From: Aquifex aeolicus VF5
GTDB taxonomy: Bacteria; Aquificota; Aquificia; Aquificales; Aquificaceae
DNA: 32,000 nucleotides
Direction: 5' to 3'
Assembly: GCF_000008625.1 (NCBI RefSeq)
Contig: NC_001880.1
Coordinates: 1-32,000 of the forward strand
Part shown: piece by piece, positions 16,475 through 26,184 of the stretch
Position numbering within the stretch: the first letter of the stretch is position 1
How the letters are laid out: the number at the start of each line of letters is the position of its first letter
Program-made: the position numbers and the translations under genes
The notes under the pieces: model-generated
Told to the model about the DNA's origin: nothing
The model's input: the letters and a program-made list of their open reading frames with translations, nothing else
Database searches by the model: none

Positions 16475-17431
16475 TTACTCCCTCTTAAATTTGTTGTTTC
16501 TTTTCAGGATAAATTTAAACCTTTTGCTTATGGACACGCGTGAAACTTTGGAACCTTTATGATGCCACTCTATTATTCCCATTTCTTCCAGTTTATTTAA
16601 ATGAGCGTAGAAAGTTCTCTTCTTAAGACCTGAGAGATTCAGCAACTCGTCCGTCTTCATTCCGTACTCTCTGTCCTTCAAATGTTTAAGGATTGGTTCA
16701 AACTTGTGTAAAATTTCTTCATACTTTGCTTTCTCATTAATATACCAAGTAATTGCTCCATTTTTGTTTATGTAATAGTATATTTTTTCAAAAGGATAAG
16801 CAAAATTATGCTTTTCTATTGTCAATACCCGAAAGCTTTTCCCTTCTGTGTAGGCCTGCATAAAGGGAGTTGTTAAAAACTTAATTGTAGATACGCCCTG
16901 ATACCTGTCCGTTTTATTTTTTCCTGAACTTTTAATCGTGTGATGAATAAACATTATGTGACTTTCAGAATTTCTTGCTAACTTTCTTGTTTTTTTAATA
17001 AATTCCTTAACTTCTACAGGATCATAAATAGACTTTCCTTCATAAAAGGCAACAAAACTATCAACCACAACAAAATCGTAGCGTTTTTGTTCCAGTATCT
17101 TTTCAAAACTCCTGTAATCCGAAATGTCGTCCAGATCCATTATTTCCATTTCTGAAGTGCTTATTCTGTATCTTTTTCTTATTGGTTCTAACTTTTCTAA
17201 GATATCTTCCTTATAAAGTTCCAGAGATATATAGGCTACTTTCTTCGGTTCCTTAACTTTGAGTAAATTGTGAAATAAGTTCTTACCTGCACCTGCCAGT
17301 AGACACAAGTAAAGGCTTATGGTAGTTTTCCCTACACCTGAATCACCGTAAAGTATGGAAACGTATCCCTTCCTGAAAAACTCGTCAAAATTTTGCGCAC
17401 TGTTGCTCCTTTTGTATTCACTTAACCTCAT
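16475..17431 (-). CDS. RecA/KaiC-like (RepA, AAA_25-type) P-loop ATPase with C-terminal winged-helix
   Basis: Walker A GDSGVGKT and Walker B DFVVVDSF. The C-terminus [32 protein letters not shown] is wHTH-like. Confidence 0.7.
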
Positions 17432-17611
17432 ACTATTTTCATTTTAATTTAAAAGTTATGCATTACTATGCAATTTATCTTTTATAAGCCTAGTTAATCA
17501 ATGATTGCATAAGCTTTCTTAAATAAATAAAAAATAAAAGAAAGACAGGAAAAAAGAACTAATTAAGTGAAGGAGCTTACGCTCCTTAAAAAAATTAAAG
17601 GAGGTAAAGAA

Positions 17612-18208
17612 ATGAATGAATACTATGAAAGAATGGAAGAGCTATTTAAGCGTGAATTTGCAAAAGAATACCTTGAATTAGCAGAGCAGTATTATGGTAT
17701 TGAAGAATCCTATTATGAAGAAGAACAGAAATTAGATGAAGAAGAAAGAGAAATTACAGATTGGACCGGGCAAATAGATGAAGTTTACAGCAATATAACA
17801 ATAGACGAAGATTGGCTTTTTGAAAAACTCATTAAAAGAATAGAACTTGGAGGCAAAGTTTATACACTTTTTGTAGAACCGTATAACTCTTTACTACACA
17901 GAAAACCGATCGTAGTCGTACTTAAACCTTTAAAGGGAAGTAAAAAACTTGAAGAAATAGTGGCAAAAGCTTATTACAGCAGGTTTTACTGGATGGAAGA
18001 TCCTTTTTATAGAGATATACTCCTTTCAAGAGCGTATGAAGCGGAAAACACGATTAAAGAAGACCCGGAGAAATTTGAAGAATTCGTAAAAATGGCGGAA
18101 GTATTGAAAGAACATGAAGACAGGTTTCTGAATATAGAAAACATAGGAATAAAGTTTGTAGAAAAAAATTTAAGTGAGTTTACTCTTGGATTTGATTTAG
18201 AAGAATAA
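17612..18208 (+). CDS. hypothetical acidic protein
   Basis: I prefer the ATG at 17612, preceded by AAAGGAGGT, over the track's GTG at 17567. Confidence 0.6.
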   Translation: MNEYYERMEELFKREFAKEYLELAEQYYGIEESYYEEEQKLDEEEREITDWTGQIDEVYSNITIDEDWLFEKLIKRIELGGKVYTLFVEPYNSLLHRKPIVVVLKPLKGSKKLEEIVAKAYYSRFYWMEDPFYRDILLSRAYEAENTIKEDPEKFEEFVKMAEVLKEHEDRFLNIENIGIKFVEKNLSEFTLGFDLEE

Positions 18209-18281
18209 CAATCAAAACAAACCTTTTCTTTCAAGTGAAGGGGCTTTCGCCCCTCAAAAAACTTTAAAAGGAGGTAGAGAT

Positions 18282-18800
18282 ATGGATATCAAACTCGACA
18301 AAAACGTAGTAAAGATGGTGATGAGCTCAAAAGAAGAAGAGCTAATGCCTTCAATAGGATGGGAAGGTAAAAAAGAAATACCCGTCTTAATTACCAACGT
18401 AGAAACCAAAATTCCCAAGGGACATCCTGTCATATTCAAAATGGTCCCAATTGATGAAGGTAAAGTAACTGCAGTGTTCATCTTCCTGACAGTAGGAGAA
18501 CAGCTCTGGACTGTGTTCAATCCTGCGAACACTTACTACAGATTGTTCCTAAAAGCAATGACCGAAGCAGACAAACTGGCAATTTGCTTTCCGAATAAAA
18601 AGGCCATATCAATTAAGACAACAGAAGAAATGAAGAAAGCGGCAAGAATACTTCTCGACACAATAGAGGAATTTCAGTGGGATTCGGAAGAATTCGCAGA
18701 GGCACTGGAAAAAATAGCCGAAAATTATACGCTGGAAGACATAGAAATGATCGCAGTCCAAGAATGGAAAAAAAGAACAGGACAGGAAAAAGAAAACTGA
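18282..18800 (+). CDS. hypothetical protein
   Basis: 172 aa. SD AAAGGAGGT before the ATG. Confidence 0.7.
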   Translation: MDIKLDKNVVKMVMSSKEEELMPSIGWEGKKEIPVLITNVETKIPKGHPVIFKMVPIDEGKVTAVFIFLTVGEQLWTVFNPANTYYRLFLKAMTEADKLAICFPNKKAISIKTTEEMKKAARILLDTIEEFQWDSEEFAEALEKIAENYTLEDIEMIAVQEWKKRTGQEKEN

Positions 18801-18854
18801 GTCAGTTTCTTCTTCATTTTTCTGTTTATTCTCTTCTGAGGGAGGAAAAGAAAA

Positions 18855-19670
18855 ATGAATTCAAAGGAACTGACCAAAGAAGTATTAAACCTCTTTCAGA
18901 CTTTGCCAGAATTTTATTTTGAACACTTCCACGAATACGGAATATGGTTTCCTATAGTAGTAGGAATAATAGCATCAGCGGTAGGAATGTTCGGAATGCT
19001 TCTCTTTTACGCAGCAGAGCCCGATACAGAATTTGAAAAACTTCCCTTTTTTGTCAGAAAGATCGCATCAAGAGAGGGAGACGAAGACACTTATTTTGCA
19101 CTCGGAATTTACCCGATAATTATCCTTCCCGCAGAAGGAAAAATTATCAAAGCAGCAGCAATCCACGAGTTCTTCCACGTTCTCTTCAAGTTCCCATGGG
19201 TAATATTCCAGCCAGTTACAGGAATATTCATGACACAGCTCCCGTACAGATTCTTTAACATGCTTACCCAGTTCCTGTATACTGTCCTTCCTAAGCACAT
19301 CGTCCTAATGCTCATTCTCCTTTCCATGCCAATTCTCAAAAAATTCGGAATGGAGAAATCTCAAGTATACGAGCTTCTTTCTTTAGCTTCGAAATACATT
19401 ACGTTTGTTTACATCTGTGCACTTGCAGCAGTAATTGAAGAACTGCTCGTGAACATCGCAACAGCAATCTACTTCCTTATTACCTTCAAGTTCAACGAAA
19501 ACACCTTTCTCGTTACAGTAGGCTCTTCACTTACGTATCTTTCAAACATCCCGATGATCTTCGCATGTATGTGGATGGATTTTCACTACGCAGATGGACA
19601 GGGAGTAGAAATGGCAAAGAAATTCATTGAGCTCGTTTTCAAAACAGAACTTTCTTCCCTTTTCTTTTAA
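18855..19670 (+). CDS. polytopic membrane protein with an HExxH motif
   Basis: 271 aa with several hydrophobic segments. AAAIHEFFHVLF suggests a possible membrane metalloprotease. Confidence 0.65.
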   Translation: MNSKELTKEVLNLFQTLPEFYFEHFHEYGIWFPIVVGIIASAVGMFGMLLFYAAEPDTEFEKLPFFVRKIASREGDEDTYFALGIYPIIILPAEGKIIKAAAIHEFFHVLFKFPWVIFQPVTGIFMTQLPYRFFNMLTQFLYTVLPKHIVLMLILLSMPILKKFGMEKSQVYELLSLASKYITFVYICALAAVIEELLVNIATAIYFLITFKFNENTFLVTVGSSLTYLSNIPMIFACMWMDFHYADGQGVEMAKKFIELVFKTELSSLFF

Positions 19671-19682
19671 CGGAGAGCCGCT

Positions 19683-20048
19683 CTATTTCCAGAATTTCGA
19701 GATTGCCAAGTTAAGGGTTAGAGGAGTGGAATGATCTAACGAGAATAAAAGAGGCAAATCAAGACCAACAGTTTCATATTTGGCATTGTGGGGAAATCGC
19801 TTGTGAAAACCCTTCATCCTTTGCTTTATGTGCTTGAACCACCTCTCCACTACATTCCTACCTCCGAAAGTTTCATGTATCCATCCGCAGTTTAGTTCCC
19901 TACATGCTTTCCTATACCATGGCCCCTTATCCGTTACAAACACGTATCCTTTTGAGTTGTAAAGCACAAGTTTTGCCACATGGGAGCTTTTTTTAGCACT
20001 TAACCACACAAAAGTAGGCACTCCCTTCAAGTTACAAGCTATCCACAA
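19683..20048 (-). pseudogene. IS6-family DDE transposase, C-terminal fragment with its terminal repeat (copy B)
   Basis: TDKGPWYRKACRELNCGWIHETFGGRNVVERWFKHIKQRMKGFHKRF matches the GPWY...FG.RN.VERFF..LK.R pattern of archaeal and thermophile IS6 elements. The N-terminal half is missing. The IS end starts at 19699. Confidence 0.7.
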
Positions 20049-20130
20049 GAGACCGCCAAGTTAAGGATTAGGGGAAAGGAGAGATTTAATGAGAATAAAA
20101 GGAAGCGAGCCAAGACCAGACAGTTTCATG
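20049..20130 (+). mobile_element. second IS6-type end (copy C) abutting the truncated transposase
   Basis: GAGACCGCCAAGTTAAGGATTAGGGG...AATGAGAATAAAAGGAAGC...CAGTTTCAT aligns with 19699-19780. Confidence 0.4.
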
Positions 20131-20194
20131 GTTTTTAACGAAATAGATGATAGATAGAAAATAGAGCAAGAGCATAGTTTTATTGAAAATCTTC

Positions 20195-20299
20195 TTACTT
20201 TTCCCCAGTAGCTATTTTCACACTTTTATAAACAAAGTAAATAAATGCACTTGCGATTATAATTGCCCCTAAAACTGCCAAAATGTCGTAAATGTTCAT
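20195..20299 (-). CDS. 34-aa single-TM peptide
   Basis: ATGA overlap with the upstream gene. MNIYDILAVLGAIIIASAFIYFVYKSVKIATGEK. Confidence 0.5.
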   Translation of the reverse strand: MNIYDILAVLGAIIIASAFIYFVYKSVKIATGEK

Positions 20300-20565
20300 T
20301 TATCTGCCTCCTTATTATTTAATTTAGACAAAAGTTCAATGTAGTCTTCTATTTTGATTAGCAATCGCAAGGTTAGACTAATAAGAATTATTTCCGTAAA
20401 AGCACCCACGAATAATAGAAAAACCTTTATTTTATTATCAAGGTTTAAAAGCAGGCTTATTGTCCCACCACCTATAGCTATAATAGTAATCCAGAATAGT
20501 TTAAGAAGCTCAGTTAAAAACTTTATCTTTTCCTTTACGTATTCTTCCTTGTTCACATTTATCAT
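20296..20565 (-). CDS. small 2-TM membrane protein (family copy 2)
   Basis: 89 aa, paralog of 5460-5702. Confidence 0.65.
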   Translation of the reverse strand: MINVNKEEYVKEKIKFLTELLKLFWITIIAIGGGTISLLLNLDNKIKVFLLFVGAFTEIILISLTLRLLIKIEDYIELLSKLNNKEADK

Positions 20566-20689
20566 TTTATCATTCTCCTAAAGACTGAGAATTCCCAAAC
20601 TTCATCACCAAAGAAGTTTGATATTTGAAAATCAATAGATTGGTAAATATACCTTTATAAACATATTGAAAATCAAAGGCTTAAAGCAA

Positions 20690-21104
20690 TCATTCTATAG
20701 TTAAGGCATTTGTACACTTCTTTACTCCCTTATCAAAGGACACAACTTTGTATTTCTTAGAATACGCACAAAGAAGGCAATCTACAAAGTCTAAGTTCTT
20801 ATTAGAGTATATCTTTAGAGCCTCTATAAGGAGCTCATTATCTTCAATTTTCACATTCCTAAGTTCCAGTATGTCTATAAGTACCTGTGATATAGTAGGT
20901 CTATCAACTTTATATACTTTCTTGAAGAACATAAACAATTTCGGCTATCACTACCTGTGGGATAAAAACTTTTAGTTCTCCGGAGAGTATCTTATTAAAT
21001 AACTCCTCAGCCTCTTTATACAGCTTCCTGTGGTCTTTAAGTAGATATCGCAGGATTACATTAGCATTAACAATTATCTCTTTTTCCCCTTTCCGCGAGG
21101 CCAT
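20690..21104 (-). pseudogene. vapC: PIN-domain toxin split by a frameshift near 20910-20940
   Basis: 20910-21104 gives ...IIVNANVILRYL...VVIAEIVYVLQ. 20690-20938 gives KVYKVDRPTISQVL...LDFVDCLLCAY...VVSFDKG. Together they form one PIN domain. Confidence 0.6.
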
Positions 21105-21315
21105 CGCCTATTGCCTCTTTTTCAGTTTTCATTATCTCTTCTATGGACCTGTCACGGGTAGCGTATTTGTGTAGAATTCCTCCCAATTTCTTAACAGGTT
21201 TAATTATTACTTTTCCCTTCTCATAGGTTATCTCAACTATATCAGTTCCTAATAATTTCCTGTACTCAGCAGGTATGGTAATTTGTCCTTTCTTAGTAAG
21301 CTTAGCTATTTTCAT
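21067..21315 (-). CDS. AbrB/SpoVT/MazE-fold antitoxin
   Basis: MKIAKLTKKGQITIPAEYRKLLG is the swapped-hairpin motif. Overlaps the PIN gene start. Confidence 0.7.
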   Translation of the reverse strand: MKIAKLTKKGQITIPAEYRKLLGTDIVEITYEKGKVIIKPVKKLGGILHKYATRDRSIEEIMKTEKEAIGDGLAERGKRDNC

Positions 21316-21416
21316 TCTTACCTACCTCAATAGGTACTACTTATTGTATAAAGTATTACTTACATTATATAGTGTTACTTTTCACAAAAATGATTACATA
21401 GTATAGGTAGTTGTGA

Positions 21417-21566
21417 TTAGCTATGCTGTTTGTTAGAGACTGCCAAGATAAGGGTGTAAGAAAATAGGTATATGGGTGTGCCTGCATACGCGTTTATCTT
21501 CATCCTTTCTTCATTCTTAAAGGCTTTTATGATTTCTTTCTGTTCTTCCGTTAGTTTTATACCCAT
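21417..21566 (-). pseudogene. possible N-terminal fragment of a UvrD/RecD-type helicase
   Basis: MGIKLTEEQKEIIKAFKNEERMKINAYAGT resembles L.eeQ..a......i.AgAGTGKT, but the Walker A is cut off. Next to an IS end at 21584. Confidence 0.25.
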
Positions 21567-21583
21567 TAGTTTTAATATAATTT

Positions 21584-21603
21584 GAGACCGCCAAGTTAAG
21601 GGA
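21584..21603 (+). mobile_element. short IS6-type end fragment (copy D)
   Basis: GAGACCGCCAAGTTAAGGGA matches the first ~18 nt of copies A-C. Confidence 0.35.
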
Positions 21604-21712
21604 AATAGGTTGAAAATCAAGGGAACTGTTAATAACAGAACTTTACTGGAGTTTTAGAATCTCTTGAATATGCTTTGGCAATTATTTTATATGACATAAA
21701 CTGTAAACTTCT

Positions 21713-22333
21713 CTAGTTTTCTAGGTACTCTTTTACTTTTCTTTTAAAGAATTCTTCAACTTCCTCCCAGTAAGGTTCTATATCTTCATAAACTTCTTCC
21801 CTTGCATCTTCGAAATATACGAGACTTTTTACAATAATTGAAAAGTCAATATTCCTGTACTTTTTTTTAACCAATTTTTCAAGCTCTTTTAAATCCCATC
21901 CGTGTTTTCTCATCAAAAACCACAGGTCGTAAAAATCCTTCTTTGACCCCCTTTGAGCTATTGCTACTGCCTTCATACAGGCAATATCCTTGTCCCCCGC
22001 TATGAAAATCCCAAGATCATTATTTTTTTCAGGGTTCTCTAACAGCGGGTATCGGTATTCAAAAAAAGAGAATTTAATTCCATCAAGCAAGAATATTAGA
22101 GTATCTTTACTCTGATAAAGCCACCTTACTCTGCTTAGTTTATCAATTTGCCTTGATATAGAGAAACTGTCAAAGGGTTTTTCAGGAAAAGTAAAAAAGT
22201 CAAAATCATCTGAAAATCTGTGCCCATATCTTATAAGCAAAGCGGTTCCTCCTGCAAGATAAAAATCGTTACAGATCCCTAAAGAAACTACTTTTTCTAA
22301 AGCCTCTCTCTGTTCTTTCTTTAACTTCCTCAT
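21713..22333 (-). CDS. AbiEii/DUF1814-family nucleotidyltransferase toxin
   Basis: GGTALLIRYGHRFSDDFDFF motif. 206 aa. Confidence 0.7.
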   Translation of the reverse strand: MRKLKKEQREALEKVVSLGICNDFYLAGGTALLIRYGHRFSDDFDFFTFPEKPFDSFSISRQIDKLSRVRWLYQSKDTLIFLLDGIKFSFFEYRYPLLENPEKNNDLGIFIAGDKDIACMKAVAIAQRGSKKDFYDLWFLMRKHGWDLKELEKLVKKKYRNIDFSIIVKSLVYFEDAREEVYEDIEPYWEEVEEFFKRKVKEYLEN

Positions 22334-22517
22334 CGCTTATATTTAAAGCTAACTTCCAGAAAGCTCTATTTTTAGCGTCAAACCTATGCAGGTTTTTCAA
22401 AAATGCCTCTCTCAGTTTTTTCCTAGGATATTTTTTGAGAACTTCTTTTACGTTTCCGTAAAGCATTTCTCTTATCAAAAGTTCCCTTTCACTTTTTACC
22501 TTGTCCCAGTTAAACAT
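22269..22517 (-). CDS. hypothetical protein upstream of the AbiEii-like gene (possible cognate partner)
   Basis: 82-aa ORF overlapping the downstream gene by 65 nt. No motif recognised. Confidence 0.4.
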   Translation of the reverse strand: MFNWDKVKSERELLIREMLYGNVKEVLKKYPRKKLREAFLKNLHRFDAKNRAFWKLALNISDEEVKERTERGFRKSSFFRDL

Positions 22518-22679
22518 TTCTATCTAAAACAATTTTAAAATTTTCTAAAGCTTTCTTAGGTGTGGAGCCTACACTAAAAATCGGAGCTCCCACTACCTCA
22601 GCTCCCCAATTACTCTCTTTGTCCTTACGTAGAATTACAAGAAATTTATATTCGTAACATATCATATATATTCAATATT

Positions 22680-22904
22680 ATGAAAAGAACGACCATTTTT
22701 ATAAACGAAGAAACCAAACAAAAAATCAAACTAATAGCCAAGAAAAAGCAAAAAAGCATGGCAGAAATTATAAGAGAAGCTATAAATGAGTACATTGTAA
22801 AACACAAAAAGAATAAGAAGTATTCCTTTATAGGACTTGGTAAAAGCAAAAGATCTGATATCTCGGAAATTCATGAGGAAAAACTTTGGAAATACTCACA
22901 GTAG
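22680..22904 (+). CDS. orphan RHH (CopG/VapB-like) antitoxin
   Basis: RTTIFINEETKQKIKLIAKKKQKSMAEIIREAINEYI. No toxin gene follows; the duplicated block starts at 22984. Confidence 0.65.
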   Translation: MKRTTIFINEETKQKIKLIAKKKQKSMAEIIREAINEYIVKHKKNKKYSFIGLGKSKRSDISEIHEEKLWKYSQ

Positions 22905-22983
22905 ATAGGAGAGGTTTTTTGGGAATTAAAATTGGAAGAAGAAATCTGATGCTTTTACCATAACAACTCAATTTCTTCGTTAT

Positions 22984-23091
22984 TTATCCTTGCTTTTCAG
23001 TTTCCTGCTTATTAACAAGCCAAACTATTACGAGACCAACTGTCAATATCCCAAGACCTATAAGAATAAAACCTACGGTGTAGCTATCCAT
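22984..23091 (-). CDS. 35-aa single-TM peptide
   Basis: MDSYTVGFILIGLGILTVGLVIVWLVNKQETEKQG. Paralog of 14556-14663. Overlaps the upstream stop. Confidence 0.5.
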   Translation of the reverse strand: MDSYTVGFILIGLGILTVGLVIVWLVNKQETEKQG

Positions 23092-23287
23092 CTTCACTTC
23101 CCTTATTAACAAAGTAAACTCCCAGCAAAAAGAAGGCGAGCCAAAATCCAAAAACAAGCAATAAGTAAAATAAGTTCGCCTTATGCTTTTGAAATAATGG
23201 AGCAACCAAGCCAACTGAAAGGAAAACTGTGGCAACTGTGAGAAAGCGCTTTCCTATTTCCTTAAGTGTTTCCCTTTTCAACCTCAA
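23084..23287 (-). CDS. 67-aa 2-TM membrane protein
   Basis: Paralog of 14360-14563. TTG start. Confidence 0.6.
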   Translation of the reverse strand: MRLKRETLKEIGKRFLTVATVFLSVGLVAPLFQKHKANLFYLLLVFGFWLAFFLLGVYFVNKGSEDG

Positions 23288-23311
23288 AAGATTTCCTCTC
23301 CTTCTTTTACT

Positions 23312-23428
23312 TCACTTAGCTTTTGGCTTTTTACCCTCTTCCAAAGTCATCTTAAGCATCATAACCACTATAAAGAGAAGAATTCCCCATAGGGCGACAG
23401 CTCCCAAGAAGGCAATCACATCATACAT
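23312..23428 (-). CDS. 38-aa single-TM peptide
   Basis: MYDVIAFLGAVALWGILLFIVVMMLKMTLEEGKKPKAK. SD GGAGGAG upstream. Confidence 0.5.
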   Translation of the reverse strand: MYDVIAFLGAVALWGILLFIVVMMLKMTLEEGKKPKAK

Positions 23429-23456
23429 TTTTCTCCTCCTTGCTCTTTTCTAATCT

Positions 23457-23627
23457 CTAAAGTTCCTCAAGAAGATCAAGTATTTTCCTGTAAGTAACAA
23501 TCGTAAAAAGGACAAATCCGAGTGTTAGCGATGAGCCCGCAAAAAGCAAGAAAACCTTTAGCAAGCTATCAAGCTTTAACAACAGCCCTATATTTCCACC
23601 GCCGAAAGTTAATGATAGCTTTAAAAT
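23457..23627 (-). pseudogene. 5'-truncated copy of the 2-TM membrane protein family
   Basis: LTFGGGNIGLLLKLDSLLKVFLLFAGSSLTLGFVLFTIVTYRKILDLLEEL. Fused in frame to the end of the exonuclease pseudogene. Confidence 0.45.
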
Positions 23628-24209
23628 TGGTGAAGGAATTCCAAACTTACGACATACAAATTCAAGTTTATATTTCTTTTTGTATCTCCTTCTGAAAGGA
23701 ATTGTAGTAAATCTATGTGGAAAGTTCTATCCTTTAAAAACTTCATTGGAATGTCTATGTCGTGAAGTATAGATCTTATTTTCATTATGTATCCATCAAA
23801 TTTATATCCGTTGTAGCTAACAATTCTATCAGCTTTTATTATTTCTTCCCAGAATTTTTGTATGAGGATTTTTCCTTTTCTTCAAGCTCTTCATAAATAA
23901 AGTCGGAACTTATCGGTTCAAAGAAAACTTCTACAGTCTTATTCTTACCACATGGGATTAGTTTTTTTGTCGTTCTGGTTTGTTTGATCGGAAAGATATA
24001 CTACTTTTCCTTCTTTTATTATCACTATCTTCTATAAGTACCGTTGAGAAAGATACTAAAATAAGCGTGAAGGGATTAAAAGAAAATTCTCGTTCAATAT
24101 CTTCCTGTGTTTTTTCCCTTTTGCCCCGCTTCTGAATGTATAAATAGTCATCGTAAGTAATATTCCTTTTATCAGGAACTGTTTCTATATCAAAAACTAT
24201 AACTTTCAC
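23628..24209 (-). pseudogene. PolB-exonuclease-like 3'-5' exonuclease, multiply frameshifted and 3'-truncated
   Basis: Starts MKVIVFDIETVPD (Exo I-like). Later frames give FWEEIIKADRIVSYNGYKFDGYIM and KYKLEFVCRKFGIPSP. Confidence 0.6.
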
Positions 24210-24246
24210 CTTCTTCCTCCTTCTTTTATTATATTTTTAACCAGTT

Positions 24247-24795
24247 TCAGCGTTTACTTATTCTTATAACGGAAAACAGAGAGGTGAAAATATTTCTCTT
24301 TTCACTTACCCCTATAGTTTTTAAAAACTCCTCTTTTAGAATGAGATAACTGTCCTGTAAAAATCCATTATCAAATTCTTCAAGCGGTGTGAGATAACCC
24401 GCATCTTTTATCTGGACTTTATAACAAGGGACAAGTTTCTTTTGATCCTGTTTGTGATAATAACGGACCTCTTCAAATTTTTCGGGAGAGGTAAGGTAGA
24501 GTTTCTTCCATCCTTTGAGCATAGCCCTTTCAAAGTTCCCGTAATAATTTTCGGGAACGGGAATTCCCTCGTTAAGTAGAAAGTCTCTTGAAAAGTAAAG
24601 AGGATCTTCTTCTTTTAACTCAATCTTTTCAGGATTAACACATTTTAAAAACTTCAGAAAGAGAGAATTGTTTGCTTTTCCTAAAAGTTTATTTACGCTC
24701 TTTTTTGAAGAAATCTGAACCTCAAAAGGCAAGAAACACGCTCTCCTGAAAATCTGCCTTTCTCCCGTAAGATCAAAAAGATTACTGGTTAACAT
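24247..24795 (-). CDS. hypothetical protein, possibly the C-terminal continuation of the upstream P-loop NTPase
   Basis: ATG at 24795 overlaps the upstream stop by 14 nt. The frame is open up to 24828. IFRRACFLPFEV resembles the RR...iPF segment after Walker B in D5/P4-type NTPases (weak). Confidence 0.5.
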   Translation of the reverse strand: MLTSNLFDLTGERQIFRRACFLPFEVQISSKKSVNKLLGKANNSLFLKFLKCVNPEKIELKEEDPLYFSRDFLLNEGIPVPENYYGNFERAMLKGWKKLYLTSPEKFEEVRYYHKQDQKKLVPCYKVQIKDAGYLTPLEEFDNGFLQDSYLILKEEFLKTIGVSEKRNIFTSLFSVIRISKR

Positions 24796-25561
24796 AGCTC
24801 CTCTTTTTACTCCCGAGTCTCCACTCAATTCCTTTAGCTTTTAGCTTTGAACCAAGTGCTCTTTTATCCCTGAGATGTTCTGGTGGAACTTCGTCAATAA
24901 GAACAGGCATTCTGTTATCTATGTAAAGAATTGCCTCAAAAGTATTTGCCTTGCTGTTTCTGGTTTCCTTTAATTTTCCGTAGTAAATTTTTTCTGTCCC
25001 CAGAAGTTTTGCTATGAAATTAAGAAGCGTAGTTTTTCCGGCCTTAGGAGTACCTATTAAAAGGGAAAATACGGGAAATTTATTTATATCCTTCATTAAC
25101 TCAGTTGCTTTTTCCCTGACTTCCTTGAGAAATACAGAATAAAAAGAAAATATAATAGCCTCTCCGGTTAAAAATCTGTGTTCCTCACTCGTTTCTGTGG
25201 AAAGTTCTATATAATCCTTTATCGCAATTACAGTTTTCTTTACAGATTCCTCGGGAATAGAAATCTCAACAACGGATTTTCCATTATAAAAAATTTCTCC
25301 ATCGCAAACCGCTACGTTTACTTTTTCATCTTTATCTTCCCTTTTATTCTTCAAGATTTCCTGAATCTTTTGAGGAGATATTAGTATTTCCTTCTTCTTT
25401 TCCGCAAGCTTCTGAAACATTTCTGCGCTTTCTTCAACCGCTTTTTTTCTGACAAGAGACTTCTGAGCTTCGTTAAAAATGGGACTGTTAATCACTTTAG
25501 TATAGTAGTAATTGAGAACAACATTTTTTACTTTTTCGTTTTTCTCAAATTCCTTTATCAC
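24782..25561 (-). CDS. P-loop NTPase (Walker A GTPKAGKT, Walker B VLIDEV)
   Basis: ORF track entry. Its frame stays open upstream, without a start codon, to 25789 and overlaps the PLD-domain ORF. Confidence 0.65.
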   Translation of the reverse strand: MIKEFEKNEKVKNVVLNYYYTKVINSPIFNEAQKSLVRKKAVEESAEMFQKLAEKKKEILISPQKIQEILKNKREDKDEKVNVAVCDGEIFYNGKSVVEISIPEESVKKTVIAIKDYIELSTETSEEHRFLTGEAIIFSFYSVFLKEVREKATELMKDINKFPVFSLLIGTPKAGKTTLLNFIAKLLGTEKIYYGKLKETRNSKANTFEAILYIDNRMPVLIDEVPPEHLRDKRALGSKLKAKGIEWRLGSKKRSYVNQ

Positions 25562-25740
25562 TTCCCTTACTACTTCCGGTTCCTGAGTTTCTATAAACAG
25601 ATTTAAGTGTTTTTCAATTTTCTTACTATTTTCAGATGCCTTTTTTCTTAAATCGGTGGAGCTTATTATTTTCCTTGCCCTACTTTTTACATAATTGTAA
25701 TACCTTTCACATTCTTCAATTACGTTATCCTTTTCAATTA

Positions 25741-26184
25741 TTACAAAAAAAACTCTTCCTGAGGTCCCCTCCAGGCTAAAGAGGATAAATTACCACTCCC
25801 TGCTACGACAATTTTCCTTTCTTCGGATTCAAGTATGTATAACTTTGTATGACAGTTTGGAATGTAGTAAACGGAGAAATCTTTAAACATGGCTTGTTTA
25901 CTTATTTCTTCTCCTTCTTTGAGGAACTTTTCCACTATAACTTCCAGGTTATAAAGTTCCCTTCCTTGTTCTTCTAACCCTATCAGGATTTCCACTTCCC
26001 TGTAATCCTTTAAAAGATCAAGGATACTCTTCAGAGAGGAGAAAGTTATAGCTTTTATCCTGTTGAATTGCCTAAGGTATTTCCCTGGAATATCGTACAG
26101 GAGTTTAATTTCCTCTTCGCCTATACTAAGAATAGGCTTTTTAGTATCTTTTTCAGGTTCCTCTGAAAAAAGTTGTTTGTTCAT
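25741..26184 (-). CDS. PLD/HKD-domain protein
   Basis: ATG at 26184 after a GGGAGG SD. The motif CHTKLYILESEERKIVVAGSGNLS fits H-x-K...G-S-x-N. It ends in a T8 run followed by TAATAA. Confidence 0.65.
   Translation of the reverse strand: MNKQLFSEEPEKDTKKPILSIGEEEIKLLYDIPGKYLRQFNRIKAITFSSLKSILDLLKDYREVEILIGLEEQGRELYNLEVIVEKFLKEGEEISKQAMFKDFSVYYIPNCHTKLYILESEERKIVVAGSGNLSSLAWRGPQEEFFL

Noticed and set aside
18238-18262. GC hairpin GAAGGGGC-tttc-GCCCCTC between two + strand genes
   Set aside because: An A-run, not a T-run, follows it on the + strand, and the T-run on the minus strand precedes it. It is not a canonical intrinsic terminator.
23229-23453. 74-aa + ORF
   Set aside because: It is antisense to the paralog-supported small membrane genes at 23084-23428.
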